DNA of 64,000 nt from Octopus vulgaris. Its lineage: Eukaryota. Every line of letters begins with the position of its first letter. Within the stretch, counting starts at the first letter, position 1. Position numbers and translations under genes: made by a program. The stretch is taken from assembly GCA_951406725.2 (NCBI GenBank), contig OX597815.1, positions 69,502,001 to 69,566,000 on the forward strand, in the 5' to 3' direction. Below are positions 43,754 through 59,330 of this stretch, in pieces. Below the pieces are notes generated by a model that saw only the letters and a program-made list of their open reading frames with translations, had not been told where the DNA came from and did not search any database.

Positions 43754-43893
43754 ATTACATAATCTCCGAAGAGGCCTTGTGATATTTTTGTAAATGTCTC
43801 ATTTATATCTATATATTGACCTACCATAAAAGGCTAATATTGGTAAAATGAGACATACTTATCTACATGGCCGAAACAGCTGTAAGATGTAAT
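43754..43893 (+). ncRNA. Type I hammerhead-like motif (CCGAAGA core, ~90 nt insertion in stem-loop II)
   Basis: Stem I ATTAC..ATCT/AGATGTAAT; CCGAAGA; GGCC..GGCC with internal TGTCTCATTT/AAATGAGACA helix; GAAAC; palindromic ACAGCTGT; triplet GTA. Confidence 0.75.
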
Positions 43894-44323
43894 CTATACT
43901 TATATTTATATTTACTTATATTTATATTCTCTTTTTTATATATATTCTACTTATTATACAACATTACTCTTTTATGTACACTTTTTTATGTACATTTTTA
44001 TGTACACTGATTTGTTCTGCTTTTTATATTTAACCCTACAGTCTCTTATGTGGTGGCTTAATAAAGTATGTGATTGAGTATTATCTGGTAATTGATATTT
44101 GATTTAGATGTATTTCTCTTATCATTTTCTTACAAGACTTTTTCTGTCTACCAAATCCACTCACAAGACGTTGGTGGACTCTTCTTAGAAGACGCCCAAA
44201 TTGCCACCCAGTGGGACTGAACCGGAAACCAAGTGGTTATGAAGTAAACCTCTTAATCACACATCCACGGTTACGCCTATATACCGGTGGGCTATTTGTG
44301 TGTTTGTATATATCTAACTTATG

Positions 44324-44471
<148 letters not shown>

Positions 44472-44519
44472 AATACATCCAGACACGTTTTTATTTCTTT
44501 CTCCATTTCGTCTCTCTCT

Positions 44520-44660
44520 CCATCTGTCTTCTTTCCTTGTTGCTTTCTGTAGAAGAGCGTTAGCTCGAAACGACAAAGATCCTACCATTTTTCTTGAGCG
44601 CCAAACTAATACACCTTGTTTGATGTTCATTCACCTGTCCTTTTGTTTTTCGTTTCTTGT
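44520..44660 (+). mobile_element. Solo Neptune-like pLTR with degenerate HHR (44543-44578)
   Basis: cttt-CTGTAGA-a-GAGC gtta GCTC-GAAACGAC-aaag, then tgagcgccaaactaatacac as in 51757-51890. Confidence 0.7.
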
Positions 44661-44702
44661 ATAACTTTGAATTATACACACACTCGCACACACACACGCA
44701 CG

Positions 44703-44763
<61 letters not shown>

Positions 44764-45222
44764 ACACACATACACACAACACATATATACCTGAGAATGT
44801 AACTATATAATCAAATTCCAATTCTCTAAACGAGTACATTACAATACCTAGGACTGCAAATGGAGATAGTAAATATATAACCGAACACGTGATAAGTGAT
44901 GTCAGCCAAAACATCTTTTTATGTTTTATCTTGAAAAATATCTGTGACGATTTGGTCTTTTCTTTACTATAGACATTGAATTTTTTGCAGTATGTGAAAA
45001 ATTTCCACTGATCATTAGCTGTATATCCTCACTGCATTCCTGGGGCATTTCTCATGAAAATGTCGTTTTTCTTTTTGTTTTATAACATGTGGTGTACTTG
45101 TATGGGTGTGTGTGTGTATATATGTGTGCATGTGTGTGGGTATGTCTGTGTGTGTGTGTGTGAATGAGTGGAGAAACAAAAGAAAAGGGCATTCAACACA
45201 TTCAGTTGGAGTTACATGCATT

Positions 45223-45389
45223 ATTTAAAACAGTTTGATTCGGTCCCTGCGACTAAAAGTTTCGCAGGCCTCTAACAGAAGCCCGTGTCTTTCAAGTTTT
45301 AGATTACTGAATTCGGTAATCTAAAGCTTGAAAGAGACGGGCTGCTGAATCTTTAAGTCGCAGGGACCGAATCAAACGACATGTTTTAA

Positions 45390-45391
<2 letters not shown>
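45223..45391. repeat. Imperfect fold-back next to (TA)n
   Basis: gtttgattcggtccctgcgact..tagattac / gtaatcta..agtcgcagggaccgaatcaaac. Confidence 0.8.
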
Positions 45392-45439
<48 letters not shown>

Positions 45440-45464
45440 TGAGAGAGAGAGAGAAGAGAGAGAA

Positions 45465-45507
<43 letters not shown>

Positions 45508-46041
45508 AGAGAGAGAGAGAGTGAGATACACACACGTATACACAGATGCATACATATATATTCCGTCTAAATGCTGGGTAACGTAATACTGCACTTGGAA
45601 ATCCATAGCATATTTAGGGCGAAGGGTAGACAGTTATAATTATCGATCCCACCAGACTAGTCGGTGGTCTTCCTACCTAACCTATTGTTGGTACTTCCTA
45701 TTATTTGGTATTTTGTAAATTAATACATGATTCTGGCCTGGAGTAAAACCGGAGGCGAAATTGTCAAATATTCTAAATCGATAATCTAAGAAATATTGTA
45801 GACGAAGAGAGCAGATTAACAGCATTCATTCTCATCCCTTTATAGAAATAAAGAAAATGTCTATGCACACAAACACGCGCGCGCGCACACATACGCATAC
45901 ATATACAGTTCTACATCTATCTGTCTGTCTGTCTCTGTTTATCTATTTCTTTCTCTTTCACCTCTCTCTCTCTTTCTGAGGTAAGTTGACCGTTAAACAG
46001 ACACAGACACACACACACACACACAGACACACAGACACACA

Positions 46042-46117
<76 letters not shown>

Positions 46118-46274
46118 CATAATATATACATACATTCATATATAGATAGATAGACAGATAGATAGACAGACAGATATATTACATAGGTTTCTTTATACGC
46201 CTAAAGGCATGCCTAGAATATTGCATACAATGTGAGATGAATGTGTTTGTATAGGATACATACACACACACGCA

Positions 46275-46325
<51 letters not shown>

Positions 46326-46378
46326 ATATATATCTTTATATATATATGTATATATATGTATGTATATATATGTATATA

Positions 46379-46469
<91 letters not shown>

Positions 46470-46622
46470 CAATTAAGGACAACTACTTAATAAGGAAAAC
46501 TTAACAAGAAATTGTCAGGTAGATAGCGTGAAAACCTCATAAGAGAAAAAATTTCGAAAATAATTATTTCTTATTGAACATATTAATTTATATATAGAGG
46601 GCATTATACATACATGCCAGAT

Positions 46623-46679
<57 letters not shown>

Positions 46680-47109
46680 GCAAAACATATTTGTATATGT
46701 ATTTGAGTAGTCAGTATATACACTTACGAACACGCATACGCACATTAACTTACATAAATCACAAACTCGTATATTGTTGTTTACAAATGTATTGTGTTTC
46801 CTGTTGTTGGTATCTAAGCTGCTAATTTCGCTTCATTCATAGCCGCTTGTGAAAGAGTTGTAAACTGAACCACAAATTTGCTGATGGATTCTAGTTTAAA
46901 CATGCAAGAATGGAAGACGAGTTAAATGTCAGTAGAGCAGGGAGACGTATTTACCCTTTACAATACATATAATATAATATAATATAATATAATATAATAT
47001 AATATAATATAATATAATATAATATAATATAATATAATGTAATATAACATGATACAATATAATGTATACATACTTCATACGTACACGCACATCCACATCT
47101 ATATTGCTT

Positions 47110-47640
47110 AAGTTTCTTAATTCTCTTGCAGAGCATTGAAGAGTTGTGAACCTTTGAAACTCAAGCTATTGGTTCTTTTCTTTGACGAGGTGGGCGGTCC
47201 CTTTGGTATGAGGCAGTAGATTCCAGTACAAGCATTTGTATAACAGCTGATGCGAGAGTTAGGTGCTAATCTTCCAGGATTTTCCACGTATAAATTAATA
47301 CACATTTCTAACGTCTTCGCTTCCGGGAATAAAGTTGTAATATTTTTCAGCCCTTCCCAGTAGTTCATCTGTTGTACTGTGGCAGTCCTTTAGGTGTAGT
47401 TGTTTGGTGGACTCTATGCGGTTACCACAGCTGAGAGCAATAACCCAGATTGCTGAGAACAAAGTTAAAATGACTTCTTGGTCTCCATTCGCGAAGAACC
47501 TTACTATCCATCTCACTAGTCGTCTACATTTTGCTACCAATCTGGCATATTGCTTCCCAAGCCTCTGATTTTCTGCAACTTTGGGATGGCAGTTCTTCTG
47601 GTCCTGTATATTTATTTGGAGACTGATAGTACAGTACATC
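47110..47640 (-). pseudogene. Decayed CR1/Jockey-like LINE 3' coding end
   Basis: [18 protein letters not shown] and NSLSFKGSQLFNAL resemble CR1-group RT C-termini; followed by (ATTAT)n tail. Confidence 0.6.
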
Positions 47641-47671
47641 AAATTTTCTAACATTAAATTGCACATAATAC

Positions 47672-47705
<34 letters not shown>

Positions 47706-47727
47706 GCATATATATACAAATATATAC

Positions 47728-47796
<69 letters not shown>

Positions 47797-47809
47797 AATA
47801 TATATATAT

Positions 47810-47859
<50 letters not shown>

Positions 47860-48031
47860 GAGAGAGAGAGAGAGATACATACATATATATATATACACCC
47901 ATACACACATATATATATGTACATACAAACATACATACACACACACACACACACACATAAGGTTAATAATAAGACGAAAATCCTTTAATGCATCTTTAAT
48001 GATTCGTTACAATTGTTTTTGCACCAACTGC

Positions 48032-48195
48032 TTGCAACGCCAGTTTATGCAAAAATTCCGAGTTAAAATTTACGTTAATATTTTCGGTTTTAGACATTCA
48101 TCAGAATGCGCTCTTAAATTGTGCCACTCTAATGTCTAAAACCTCAAATATTACGTAAATGTTCACTTCGAAATTTGTGTAAACTGGCGTTGCAA
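48032..48195. repeat. Diverged fold-back, arms 48032-48098 / 48131-48195
   Basis: ttgcaacgccagttta..ggttttagacatt inverted as aatgtctaaaacc..taaactggcgttgcaa; minus-strand CTGATGA at the arm end. Confidence 0.75.
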
Positions 48196-48509
48196 ACAGA
48201 GTTGCTATATTTTACACTCCAGTAAACCCACACAACGATACAACGGTTTTAAGTTCGTGAAAGCAGGATTTTCTACACCTGAAGTGTTTCAATAATAATC
48301 TGGAATCCGACATTGTTGATAGGGTTCAGAGCTTCATTGGAAATACCCTATCTTTATACCCTACCAAGACTTTATATATATATATACACACACACACACA
48401 TACATATGAATACATACCTACCTACACACATACACACACATACGCACGCACAAACATATATACATATATATGTATGTATATATGCATATGTTTAATATTT
48501 ATTATTATA

Positions 48510-48613
<104 letters not shown>

Positions 48614-49217
48614 CACATAAAATGAACGTTATTGTGCGTGCACTCAATATTTAAACATACTCTTACGCATAAATTCGAATATTTATATGTGTATGCACGT
48701 GTGTAGCTACATAAAACTCTCTCATACATGTACATATACACACTCATACACGCACACAACACACAAACACACACACACGCCCACACACGTATGTACATGC
48801 CTACATACATTCACGCGTAAACATACATAGACGCACACACATGCGTTTTTGTCATCTTCGTATACATATAGATACACATAAAAACAAGTACATCTATATT
48901 GGTCCATGTGTAACTATCAGAGGAAGTTACCATATACAGGATGACTTTGAAGTCCCCGCACCAATACATAAACATGACGAATTTCACATAACTTTCTGCT
49001 GAAGCAATTGCCACGCCGCCATTACAATGGCAACATGAGCATAGTGGAAGTTATCAATGTCACCCGTGAGAAGTAGACCTTTCATACTTGACTGCATAAA
49101 GCCATTGTATCATGAGAAAAACACGTTGAAAGGAAACCCGTAGCTATATCAAATAAATCTATTACCTGTATTGCTTGCCAAGAATGTACGTCTGTATAGT
49201 TATCTATCTATCTATCA

Positions 49218-49288
<71 letters not shown>

Positions 49289-49371
49289 CCATCCATCCAT
49301 CCATCCATCCATCCATCCATCCATCCGTCCGTCTGTCCATCCGTCCGTCCGTCCGTCCGTCCGTCCGTCCA

Positions 49372-49462
<91 letters not shown>

Positions 49463-49951
49463 GCCAGTCTCCATCTCACTCTTTGTCTATCTGTCTGTCT
49501 CTGTCTCTCTGTGTGTCTATCTATCAATCTCTCTACCTCTATCCATTTATGTATTTAGCTTTTATTTTTACTTGTTTGTCATTTTGACAGCGGCCATGCT
49601 GGAACACCGCCTTTAGTCGAACAAATCGACCCCAAGACTTATTCTTTGTAAGCCTAGTATTTATTCTATCGGTGTCTTTTGCTGAACCGCTAAGCTTTGG
49701 TGGAGGTACGAACACAGACACACAAATACATACATGTATGTACATATATATGACGGGCTTCTTTCAGTTTTCGTCTACCAAATCAACTCAGAAGGCTTTG
49801 GTCGGCTCAAGGCTATAGTAGAATACACTAGCCGAAGGTGCCACGCAGTGGGACTGAATCTGGAACATTGTGGGAAGCTAGCTCTTCTTACCACACAGCC
49901 ACTCCTGCACCTATCTATCTATTTATCTTTCTATTTATTTGTCTTTCTGTA

Positions 49952-50007
<56 letters not shown>

Positions 50008-50067
50008 TGTATGTGTATATATATATGTATGTATATATATATGTATGTATATATATATGTATGTATA

Positions 50068-50124
<57 letters not shown>

Positions 50125-50427
50125 CAATAGGGTAATAAGAAATTATTATTACCAGTGGCGTAGCACACTAGTTAGAAACCATGGTCTGGGAAATAATTGA
50201 GATGGTAAACGTTTTTAATTTTCATTCCTTTCGAGAAATTATCCTTATTTGGTGGTTTGAGTTTTCTCCTGCTCTTTCTAGCACAATGCTTTCCTATTTG
50301 GAAGCCTCTTATTGTATTTATGTATATATATATATACATACATACATATATATGTAATCCGAAAACAACGTGTTGTTTTCGTATTTCGTATTTCATGTTG
50401 TTTACCTTTTGTGACGTCCTGTACTCA

Positions 50428-50513
<86 letters not shown>

Positions 50514-50528
50514 TATATATGTATATAT

Positions 50529-51891
50529 GCATTCCCGCCTCCCTTTTCCCCTCACTTACCACCCCACGACCCTACCTCTCCAACGCACCATTCTTCGAGC
50601 TTTCCGTCATCTCCAGTCCGACCCGTCCACTTCACACCTCTTCCATAACCGACCCCTCCCCTCTTTCAAACAAGCCCATAACCTTCGAGACCTTTTGGTC
50701 CATAGCTCCTTCCCTGATCCTACCTCCCAGTCTGGCTCGTTCCCCTGCTCCCGCCCACGTTGCCGCATTTGCCCTTAACTCTCCAACACCACCCTCCTCA
50801 CTGGCACCCATCATCGACCCTATCGCATCATCAACTCCTTCACCTGCACCTCCAGCAATATTATCTATTGCGTATCTTGCTCTCTCTGCCATTCCCTGTA
50901 CATCGGACAAACGGGAGGCCGCTTGGCTGACTGGTTCGCAGAACACCTTCGTGACATCCGCCTTGCGAACGGCACACCGGTCTCACGCCATTTCCGCTCC
51001 ACCGGTCACTCCTTGCAACACCTGTCTGTGTTCGGTTTGTCCTTACACAGAGGCCATCCGGATTCCCGTTTGCGCCGTGAACAGGAATTAATCTTCTCTC
51101 TTCGCTCTTATACTCCATTTGGTCTCAACTCTCCCCCCCTCCTCTTCTAACCTCCCCCCCGGCCCCTACTTTCTTCAGTCATTCATCTTTTCACCCCTAC
51201 TCCTCTTCCCTTCTTCCCTCTTTCTCCCTCCCTCCTTCTTCCCTCTTCCCCTTCCCTCTTTCTCTCTGCTCCCTCACTCCACTTCTCTCTCTCTCTACCT
51301 TTCCCTCTCTCCTCCCTCCTCCTCTCCCCTCCTCTTCTCCTCTCCTTCCTTCTCCCCCTCCTCTTCTCCTCTCCTTCCTTCTCCCCCTTCCACTTCCCCC
51401 TCCTCTTCTCCCCTTTCCTTCTCCCCTTTCTTTCTCCCCCCTCCCCCTCTTCTCTCATCTCTCTCTACACTACACCATACGACTTTACACATCACATCAT
51501 ATATACATACACACGTCCAGACCTCTCATACGCACTAATATTCTCTCATACACACACACACACTCTTCTCATACACACACACACACTCTTATGTTGGAGC
51601 GAGGTCATTCAACCCTATTATCTCCCTTAATTTCGCTCTTGCATCTCATGTTTGATCTTTGACTTCTGGCCGAAATCAGATCGCCATGTTGATTCGCTAG
51701 CTTCTGCACGCATATTTTTTTCTCTCCTTCTTTCTGTGTTTTTTTTTCTCTGTGTATCTTTCTGTTGAAGAGCGTAGGCTCAAAACGTTAAAGACTTGTT
51801 TTATTTATATTTCCTGAGCGCCATACTAATACAATTGTTTGTTTGTATTCCATGTGCCTTCGTCTTTTGTCTATTTTCATAAAGCTTCCCG
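50529..51891 (+). mobile_element. 5'-truncated Neptune-like PLE: Cys linker + GIY-YIG, CT-rich UTR, pLTR with HHR-like motif (51757-51794)
   Basis: PLTYHP..NLRDLLVHS..CSRPRCRIC*..FTCTSSNIIYCVSCSLCHSLYIGQT..EH..HF..REQ..PFGLN (CCHH type); TCTTT-CTGTTGA-a-GAGC..GCTC-aAAACGTT-AAAGA; in (TA)n. Confidence 0.9.
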
Positions 51892-52041
<150 letters not shown>

Positions 52042-53357
52042 TATTTATATTATTATATGATTGAACGCCATGCATCCATCTCCAAGTAAGTTTATCTTAA
52101 TAATTTTGATGCGACTCTACCCTGTACTGTTCTCTCTCTCCTCCTCTGTTCTCTTCCTTTCTCGAATTCTTTTTTGTCCCTTCACCGTTTTCTGTCTCTC
52201 TGTCTGTCTGTCTCTCCCTCTTTCTCCTTTATTCTCTCTCTCGTTGCTCACGCGTGACCACTGTCCATCTTTCTTTTCCTCACGTGATCGTCTTTCTCTT
52301 GTTTCAGTCTGTCTTATAGACCAGACGCATTCTTATCTGTCTCCTCTTCTATCTTTTCTCTTGTCATGTTTGTTTTCGTTTCGTTTGTCTCCACTGTCCT
52401 ATTTTTGTTACCAACTTTGACCCTCCGGAAATCCCTAATTTTATTTTGGTTCGCGGGAGTAACTGCCTTTTGAAGCCTCATATTGTCGTTAATTGCTCGA
52501 AATGAGGAGCAGATGGACAACCGACAACTGATGAAGGATCGTTCTTTATGTTACTTGCCTTATTTTCCATTTGCTTCTCTCGTTGTTCGCATACCCAAAT
52601 TTGTCTTCGTATTTCATGCTGTTTACGTTTTGTGACGTCCTGTACTCATATATGCATATATATATATTCATTTATATGTATGCATGTACATATATCTTTG
52701 TATTATGCATATATATATATATATATCTTATTATAAAAGGCAGATTTCTCTTATAGAAATCTACAATATAGGGTTTCTTCAATTACAATTTACCTAGCAT
52801 TTTTAAGAGTAGAATACATCGGGTCGTGCCAGGTCCAGTTTTTAAAATTTCAACCCCAATTAAGCAAAATTTAGAGAAAACTCACATTGTGGTGTGTAAG
52901 TCAAGTGCATTTCTTAGTGTGGGCTACAGCACACACACACACACACACACAAAACGGAGCGAACTGCTTCACTCATGCTATCACCCTAATTTCTCATACT
53001 TTCTCTTAGCAAGTGTACCTTAAACCACTACTCAAAAAAAAACACAGCAAACAGAAACAAATAAATACATAACGATTTACTCCTCACACATTTTCTTCAA
53101 TTAGAGTTTACCTATGATTTTTCAAAGTACCTCCATTCGGTCATGCCATACAAAATTTCTTTCAATTTCACCCCCAATTAAGACAAAATTCGAGAAAACT
53201 CAATATTTTAACTTTTCACTCTTTCACTCCCACTTCCTATTTGCACACATAGACACGCTAATATATACGACAGTGTCAATTGTTGATAGACATTGTAAGC
53301 TAACGTGTGTGTGTGTGTGTCTGTGTGTGTATGCTGTGTGTGCGTGTGTGTGTGTGT

Positions 53358-53399
<42 letters not shown>

Positions 53400-53918
53400 C
53401 AGGGGTGAGCCATTCAGACTGGTCATCCATTTTGGCGAGAACAAGATCCCTTATCGTCTTATATGCTACACTACTGGTTTTCAGTTCAAGAAGGACTATT
53501 CATTATAATACATCAGTTCCACACATTTACCCTGGATTCCATTTCGGACAACTGCACAAACATTTGCCATTTCACACATGTATGTAAACAAACTCCTTTC
53601 TTAAAAATTTCAATTCATTTTCTTTTTCAATTTACGTTTCTATACACTTTACGCAAATATTTGATTAAACAACTAAAACACTTCACATTTCGAACATGTA
53701 CGTAAACTACTTCCTTTCTTGCAAATCTAACTTTCTTTTCTGGCTTTTAACTCAAATTTCTATACATTTTACACACTCTGTCGCTATACTTGCATAAAAA
53801 TTTTCTTTCAGCTGCTAATATTTATTTCTTTTCCTTCCATGCTTTACATTTTTCCACATTTCATTCACATTACAATTTCTATCTTTAAGTAACTTTCACC
53901 CTTTCTTTTTCACATAAA

Positions 53919-56900
53919 ATGCCACCGAAAAAGAGAAGTCGCCTCGGCCGCCATACTGCAGCAGCAGCAGCGAAAAAGGCGAAGCGCAGCGCCATAAACG
54001 CTTCTGCTGTTGCTGCACAAAGGGCTTCAGAGGACCCACAACAAAGGGCCACTCGACTGGCTACAAACGCTGCGGTTGCTTCATACGATGCTGCTTCTAC
54101 GGCTTCAGACGGTCCGGAAACAAGGTCGAAGCGCAGCGCCATAAAGGCTTCTGCTGTTGCTGCACAAAGGGCTTCAGAGGACCCACAACAAAGGGCCACT
54201 CCACTGGCTACAAACGCTGCGGCTACTGCTGCTTCAACATTTTCGACACATTCCCACGACTCAGACCAGCAACGTTCTACATTCCAGCGGAACAGTCGAC
54301 GCCGCGGTCTGACGAGTCCAAACAGACCTTACTGGCATCTACGTGCTTTCAAGTATGAGCCCAACTTCAATTACTCGATGCACGCTGACATAAATATTGG
54401 GGAAATGTTCTTCAATTGCCAATTCTGCAATGCTAAAAAGTGGGCTGGGGAACCACCTGCGATGTGCTGCTTAAACGGTAAGATCAGCTTGCCCCCTCTT
54501 CGGGAGCTGCCAGACCCTTTGAAGGAATTACTTACTGGTTCCACCTCAAGGTCATCAAAATTCCTTCAACTCATCAGGAAATACAATTGTGCATTTCAGA
54601 TGACTTCTTTCGGGGCTAACGTTGTCAGAGAAACTGGTTGGATGCCTACTTTCAAGGTCCAGGGCCAGGTGTACCACCTTATTGGGTCACTCCAGCCACT
54701 ACAAAATTGCAAACCTTCGTTCCTTCAAATTTATTTTATTACAAATTACAATAGGCAACTTGATTTGCGTTTCGACGTAATTCCACAACCTGCAAACACA
54801 AACGCTGACAATTTCGACAGGGACGTGCTGCTCACTCTGCAAAACATGCTTCATGACCACAACAGCTATATTCGCAGTTTCAAATACGCCTTGGAAACAG
54901 CCCCTTCACCAACATTCACCATTGTCATCGATGCTGACAAAAGGCCTTCTGGGGAGCACGCGCGGCGATATAACGCTCCTTCGTGCAATGAAGTGGCCAT
55001 AGTTCTCCATGGTGAACAGCACAAGCAGCGGGACATAGTTCTTCAAAGCCGCGACAGTGGTCTTCAGCGTATTAATGAGACGCATCGGTCATATGACGCC
55101 CTGCAGTATCCCTATCTTTTTCCGTATGGAGAAGACGGGTACCATTTCGGCATTCCTCACCACAAACCAAACGAGCCCTCGGCTGCGACATCTAAAACTG
55201 TTTCATGTATGGCTTTTTACTCATACCGCTTCATGACAAGGCATAATGATTTCAACCCCCTGCACAGATCACGGGAACTGTTTCACCAGTTTGCAGTTGA
55301 CATGGCTGCAAAGATGGAGTCCGAAAGACTGGGCTTCATCAAATTGAATCAGAAGCAGCTGCGCTCAGACTCCTACATCCATTTGCGTGATGGCATCAGG
55401 AATGACACTGACGCCCGCAATATCGGCAAAATGTGCATTCTCCCCTCAACCTATAGAGGGGGCCCACGGTACATGCACGAGCGAACACAAGACGCTATGA
55501 TTTACGTTCGGCATTATGGGCGACCCGATTTATTCATTACCTTTACATGTAACCCAAAGTGGGTTGAGGTAACGCGAGAACTTCTCCTAGGGCAGCAGTA
55601 CTGTCATCGCCATGATATTATTGCAAGGGTTTTCAGGCAGAAACTGGCTAAGCTCATTCTTTTAATAAAAAAGGCCAGGTTTTTGGGCCTGTTAACTGCC
55701 ACATGTATACTGTTGAGTGGCAGAAAAGAGGGTTGCCACACGCGCACATTTTGCTTTGGTTGGTCAACAAAATAGACCCAACAGTTCTTGATGATCTCAT
55801 TGCAGCAGAAATTCCGGACCCAACCGTTGACCGGCAGCTGTACGACATTGTGAAGGCACACATGGTACACGGTCCGTGCGGTCCTGGTTTTCAAAAGTTC
55901 TCCTCATGCCACAAAGACCACGTGTGCACTAAACGGTACCCAAAGAGGTTCGTGGACGAGACCCAGACCGGCCGCGACGGATACCCACTGTACAGAAGAA
56001 GGCACCCTGACAATGGTGGATTCACTATAACATTACGGGGTCATCAAGTGGATAATAGGTGGGTAGTGCCGTACTGTCCATTTCTGATGAAAACTTTTAA
56101 CGCTCACATAAATGTGGAGTTCTGTCATTCAGTCAAGTCTATAAAGTATATATGTAAATATGTTAACAAGGGTTCTGACGCTGCCATGTTTGGCCTTCAA
56201 AAGGACAATATCATGGACGAGGTGTCACAGTACATGGCAGGTCGGTACATAAGCAGTGGTGAAGCTTTTTGGCGGATATTCGGGTTTCCACTTCACCAAA
56301 GGCACCCCTCCATCATACAACTAGCGGTTCATTTGGAAAATGGCCAACGAACTTACTTTACTGAACAGACTGCAGCTGATTTGGCGGCAAATCCAAAACA
56401 AACAACTTTGACCGGTTTCTTTAGGCTTTGCCAACTTGACACATTTGCTAAAACACTTTTATACCCTCAGGTCCCGTCCTACTACGTGTGGTCAAACAAC
56501 AATTGGGTGCGTAGGAAGTCGGGTCAGGATGTTGAAGGACATCCTGGTGTCAAGTTTAACAGTTGTCTAGGAAGAGTCTACACTGTACCTCCAAACCAAC
56601 ATGACTGTTTTCACCTGCGCCTTCTCCTCCATGAGGTTTTAGGCCCACAAAGTTTTCAAGACATCAGAACTGTTGATGGTGTATTATGTGATACTTTCCG
56701 TGAAGCCTGTTTTCGGCGTCGACTTTTGGAGGATGATTCACAATGGGGCGCCACTATGGCAGAAGGTGTTTCATTCAAATCTCCTAAAAAAATCAGATCG
56801 CTTTTCGCTATTCTATTACTATGGTGTGACTTGGCTAATCCCGCCTCTTTATGGCTTACCTACAAAGATGATATGTCTGAAGATTTCCTGCGTCACGCTC

Positions 56901-58490
56901 AATCGCTACATCCATCAATGGAGGTCGGGTACACTGACCTCATTTACAACAGGGCGCTGCTTGAAATCGAAGATACTGTACTCGATATGGGCGGTAGTGC
57001 CTTGCCGGTCTATGGCCTACCTTCAACAAACCGGGAAGGGACAAACACTCTGTCTTCACATTTGCTGCGTGAGACATGTTTTAATGTTGACGAGCTTGCC
57101 GAGTACATAGCCGACAATGAGCCAAAGCTCATTCCAGAACAGAAGTTCGCTTACAACTCCGTTGTTAATTCAGTCCGGGCCAAAGCTGGGGACATTTTTT
57201 TCCTGGACGCTCCTGGGGGCACTGGGAAAACTTTTGTCAACAAATTAATATTGGCTGAGATTAGGCGAACACAAGGCATTGCCCTAGCTGTGGCATCATC
57301 TGGAATTGCGGCTACTTTGTTGCCAGGCGGCAGGACAGCTCACTCTACTTTCAAACTCCCACTTGACTTAGCGAAGACTGAGACACCAACTTGCAACATC
57401 AGTAACAGCTCCGATCAGGCAGAAGTCTTCAGACGATGCAAGCTTATCGTTTGGGATGAATGCACGATGGCCCACAGAGGTGCTCTTGAGGCACTAGATA
57501 GATCTCTCAGAGACATCAAACACTCTTCAGCTCCTATGGGAGGCATAACACTTCTTCTTTCAGGGGACTTCCGACAAACACTTCCCGTTATTCCCAAAGG
57601 GACTAGAGCTGATGCTGTAAGTGCGTGTCTTAAGTCATCCACATTGTGGCCACTGGTGAAGACTCAAACTTCACACCAATATGTGTGCTCATATGCGACG
57701 TGATATCACATCAGCAGCATTTTCTCACACCCTCCTTGCACTTGGCGAAGGCAAAATACCAGGGGATGAAAATGGTAATATTGCCATCAATTCCATTTGT
57801 ACCATTGTTAACACGCCTTCTGATCTCAGAGATGCAGTCTCCCCAGATCTACAAGCTAATTATCAGAATATGGATTGGATTGGCCAAAGGGCTATTCTGG
57901 CCCCGAGGAATAAAACTGTTCACCATATTAATGATGAAATGCTAAAACTCATTCCTGGGGATGTCTATGTATATAAGTCTATTGATACAACTCCTGACCC
58001 AGACGACGTCATCAATTATCCAATAGAGGTACTCAATTCCTTTGAGCCCCCCGGACTACCACCACACATTCTCAAACTTAAAGTTGGTGCCCCTATAATG
58101 CTCATTAGAAATTTGGTTCCCCCAAAACAATGTAATGGCACACGTTTGATCGTTAAGTCCTTATCTCCCAATCTGATTGAGGCCACCATTATCACAGGGT
58201 GCGGTCGAGGCAACGTTGTGCTCATACCTAGGATGCATCTTTTCCCATCAGGAGCAGACCTACCTTTCATATTTCGGAGGTCCCAGTTCCCAGTAAGGCC
58301 ATGTTTCGCAATGTCAATTAACAAAGCGCAGGGTCAAACACTGTCTGTGGCAGGAATACATTTGGGAGAGCCATGTTTCTCTCATGGTCAGCTTTATGTT
58401 GGCTGCTCGCGTGTCGGCAGCAACAGTGATGCTTTCGCATTCCTTCCACAACGAAAAACAAAAAACATTGTGTACAAGGAGGTTCTATAG
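53919..58490 (+). pseudogene. Helitron Rep/PIF1-like helicase, split by two frameshifts (~55670, ~57660)
   Basis: Zn finger CQFC..CC..GK; HUH Rep motifs PDLFITFTCNPKW, VEWQKRGLPHAHILLW, KYICKYVNKG; helicase APGGTGKT, IVWDE, GDFRQTLPV, MSINKAQGQT, FSHGQLYV. Confidence 0.95.
53980..54222 (+). repeat. In-frame ~96 bp direct repeat (147 bp period) in RepHel N-terminus
   Basis: KRSAIxASAVAAQRASEDPQQRATxLATNAA occurs twice. Confidence 0.9.
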
Positions 58491-59330
58491 GATTACTACG
58501 TTTCATCATTTTCAAACACGTTAGTATTTCACTTACATACGACTCTCTTTTATGACGGCATTTACATTTCTAGGCGTTTCATAACATTAATTCACACTTA
58601 ACCAACACCTGTCTTTCGCTCAACTCTATTTCTATCCATTCATCATCAAACCACCAGCCTCATCTTCTATATCCAACGTACATGACACATCTACCCCCTA
58701 CATCTACACTCTCATTGTTAAAGTTTACATGAGCGACAACACGATCGCAACATACACTTTCGAAACTAATCAACAGATCATTTTATACAACAACAAATTT
58801 AATCAAAACGCCCATCAATGAAAACATCTCCACCACTGTATTGTGATTCACCTAATCAGCACCACTACAGTCTTGCCGGTCTGACATATGGTGAGTAGAT
58901 GCTATTGTTCTATATTTTATAAATTACACATATTTACTTACCCATGCTTCATTCCTCTCTTGCCTACATATGAAATCCACTCTCTTTTAACACAGCATCA
59001 AGTTTTGTAACAGCACATCCGCTGCCGTTCGTGCAAAACGAAGAGACCCTATTCACCTACGAACGTTTTACATCGCCTTCCACGACTATCAAATTCTTAC
59101 AATTATGAGAACAATAACATGGCTCTTTTCAAGGCAACCTCACATTCAATTCTTACACCATTCTACGAGGGGGTAGGAACACCTTTACACGGCTTTCTAT
59201 ACACTTACAAATACATTCATTCGCCGTGAACTTATATCAATATTTGCCTGAATAATCATCATAGTTCAGTGCAATCATTAACAGTACTTTCAAGCAATTC
59301 AGCCCCGAGCAACGCCGGGCAATTCTGCTA

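Larger units (their letters stand above)
38218..44130 (+). mobile_element. PLE family B, near full-length, with 5' inverted pLTR
   Basis: 38218-38931 is the reverse complement of 43347-44047; encloses RT+GIY-YIG coding region and long 3' UTR. Confidence 0.93.

Noticed and set aside
38218-44047. DNA transposon with 700 bp TIRs
   Set aside because: Interior encodes RT+GIY-YIG; the inverted copy is the typical PLE 5' inverted pLTR
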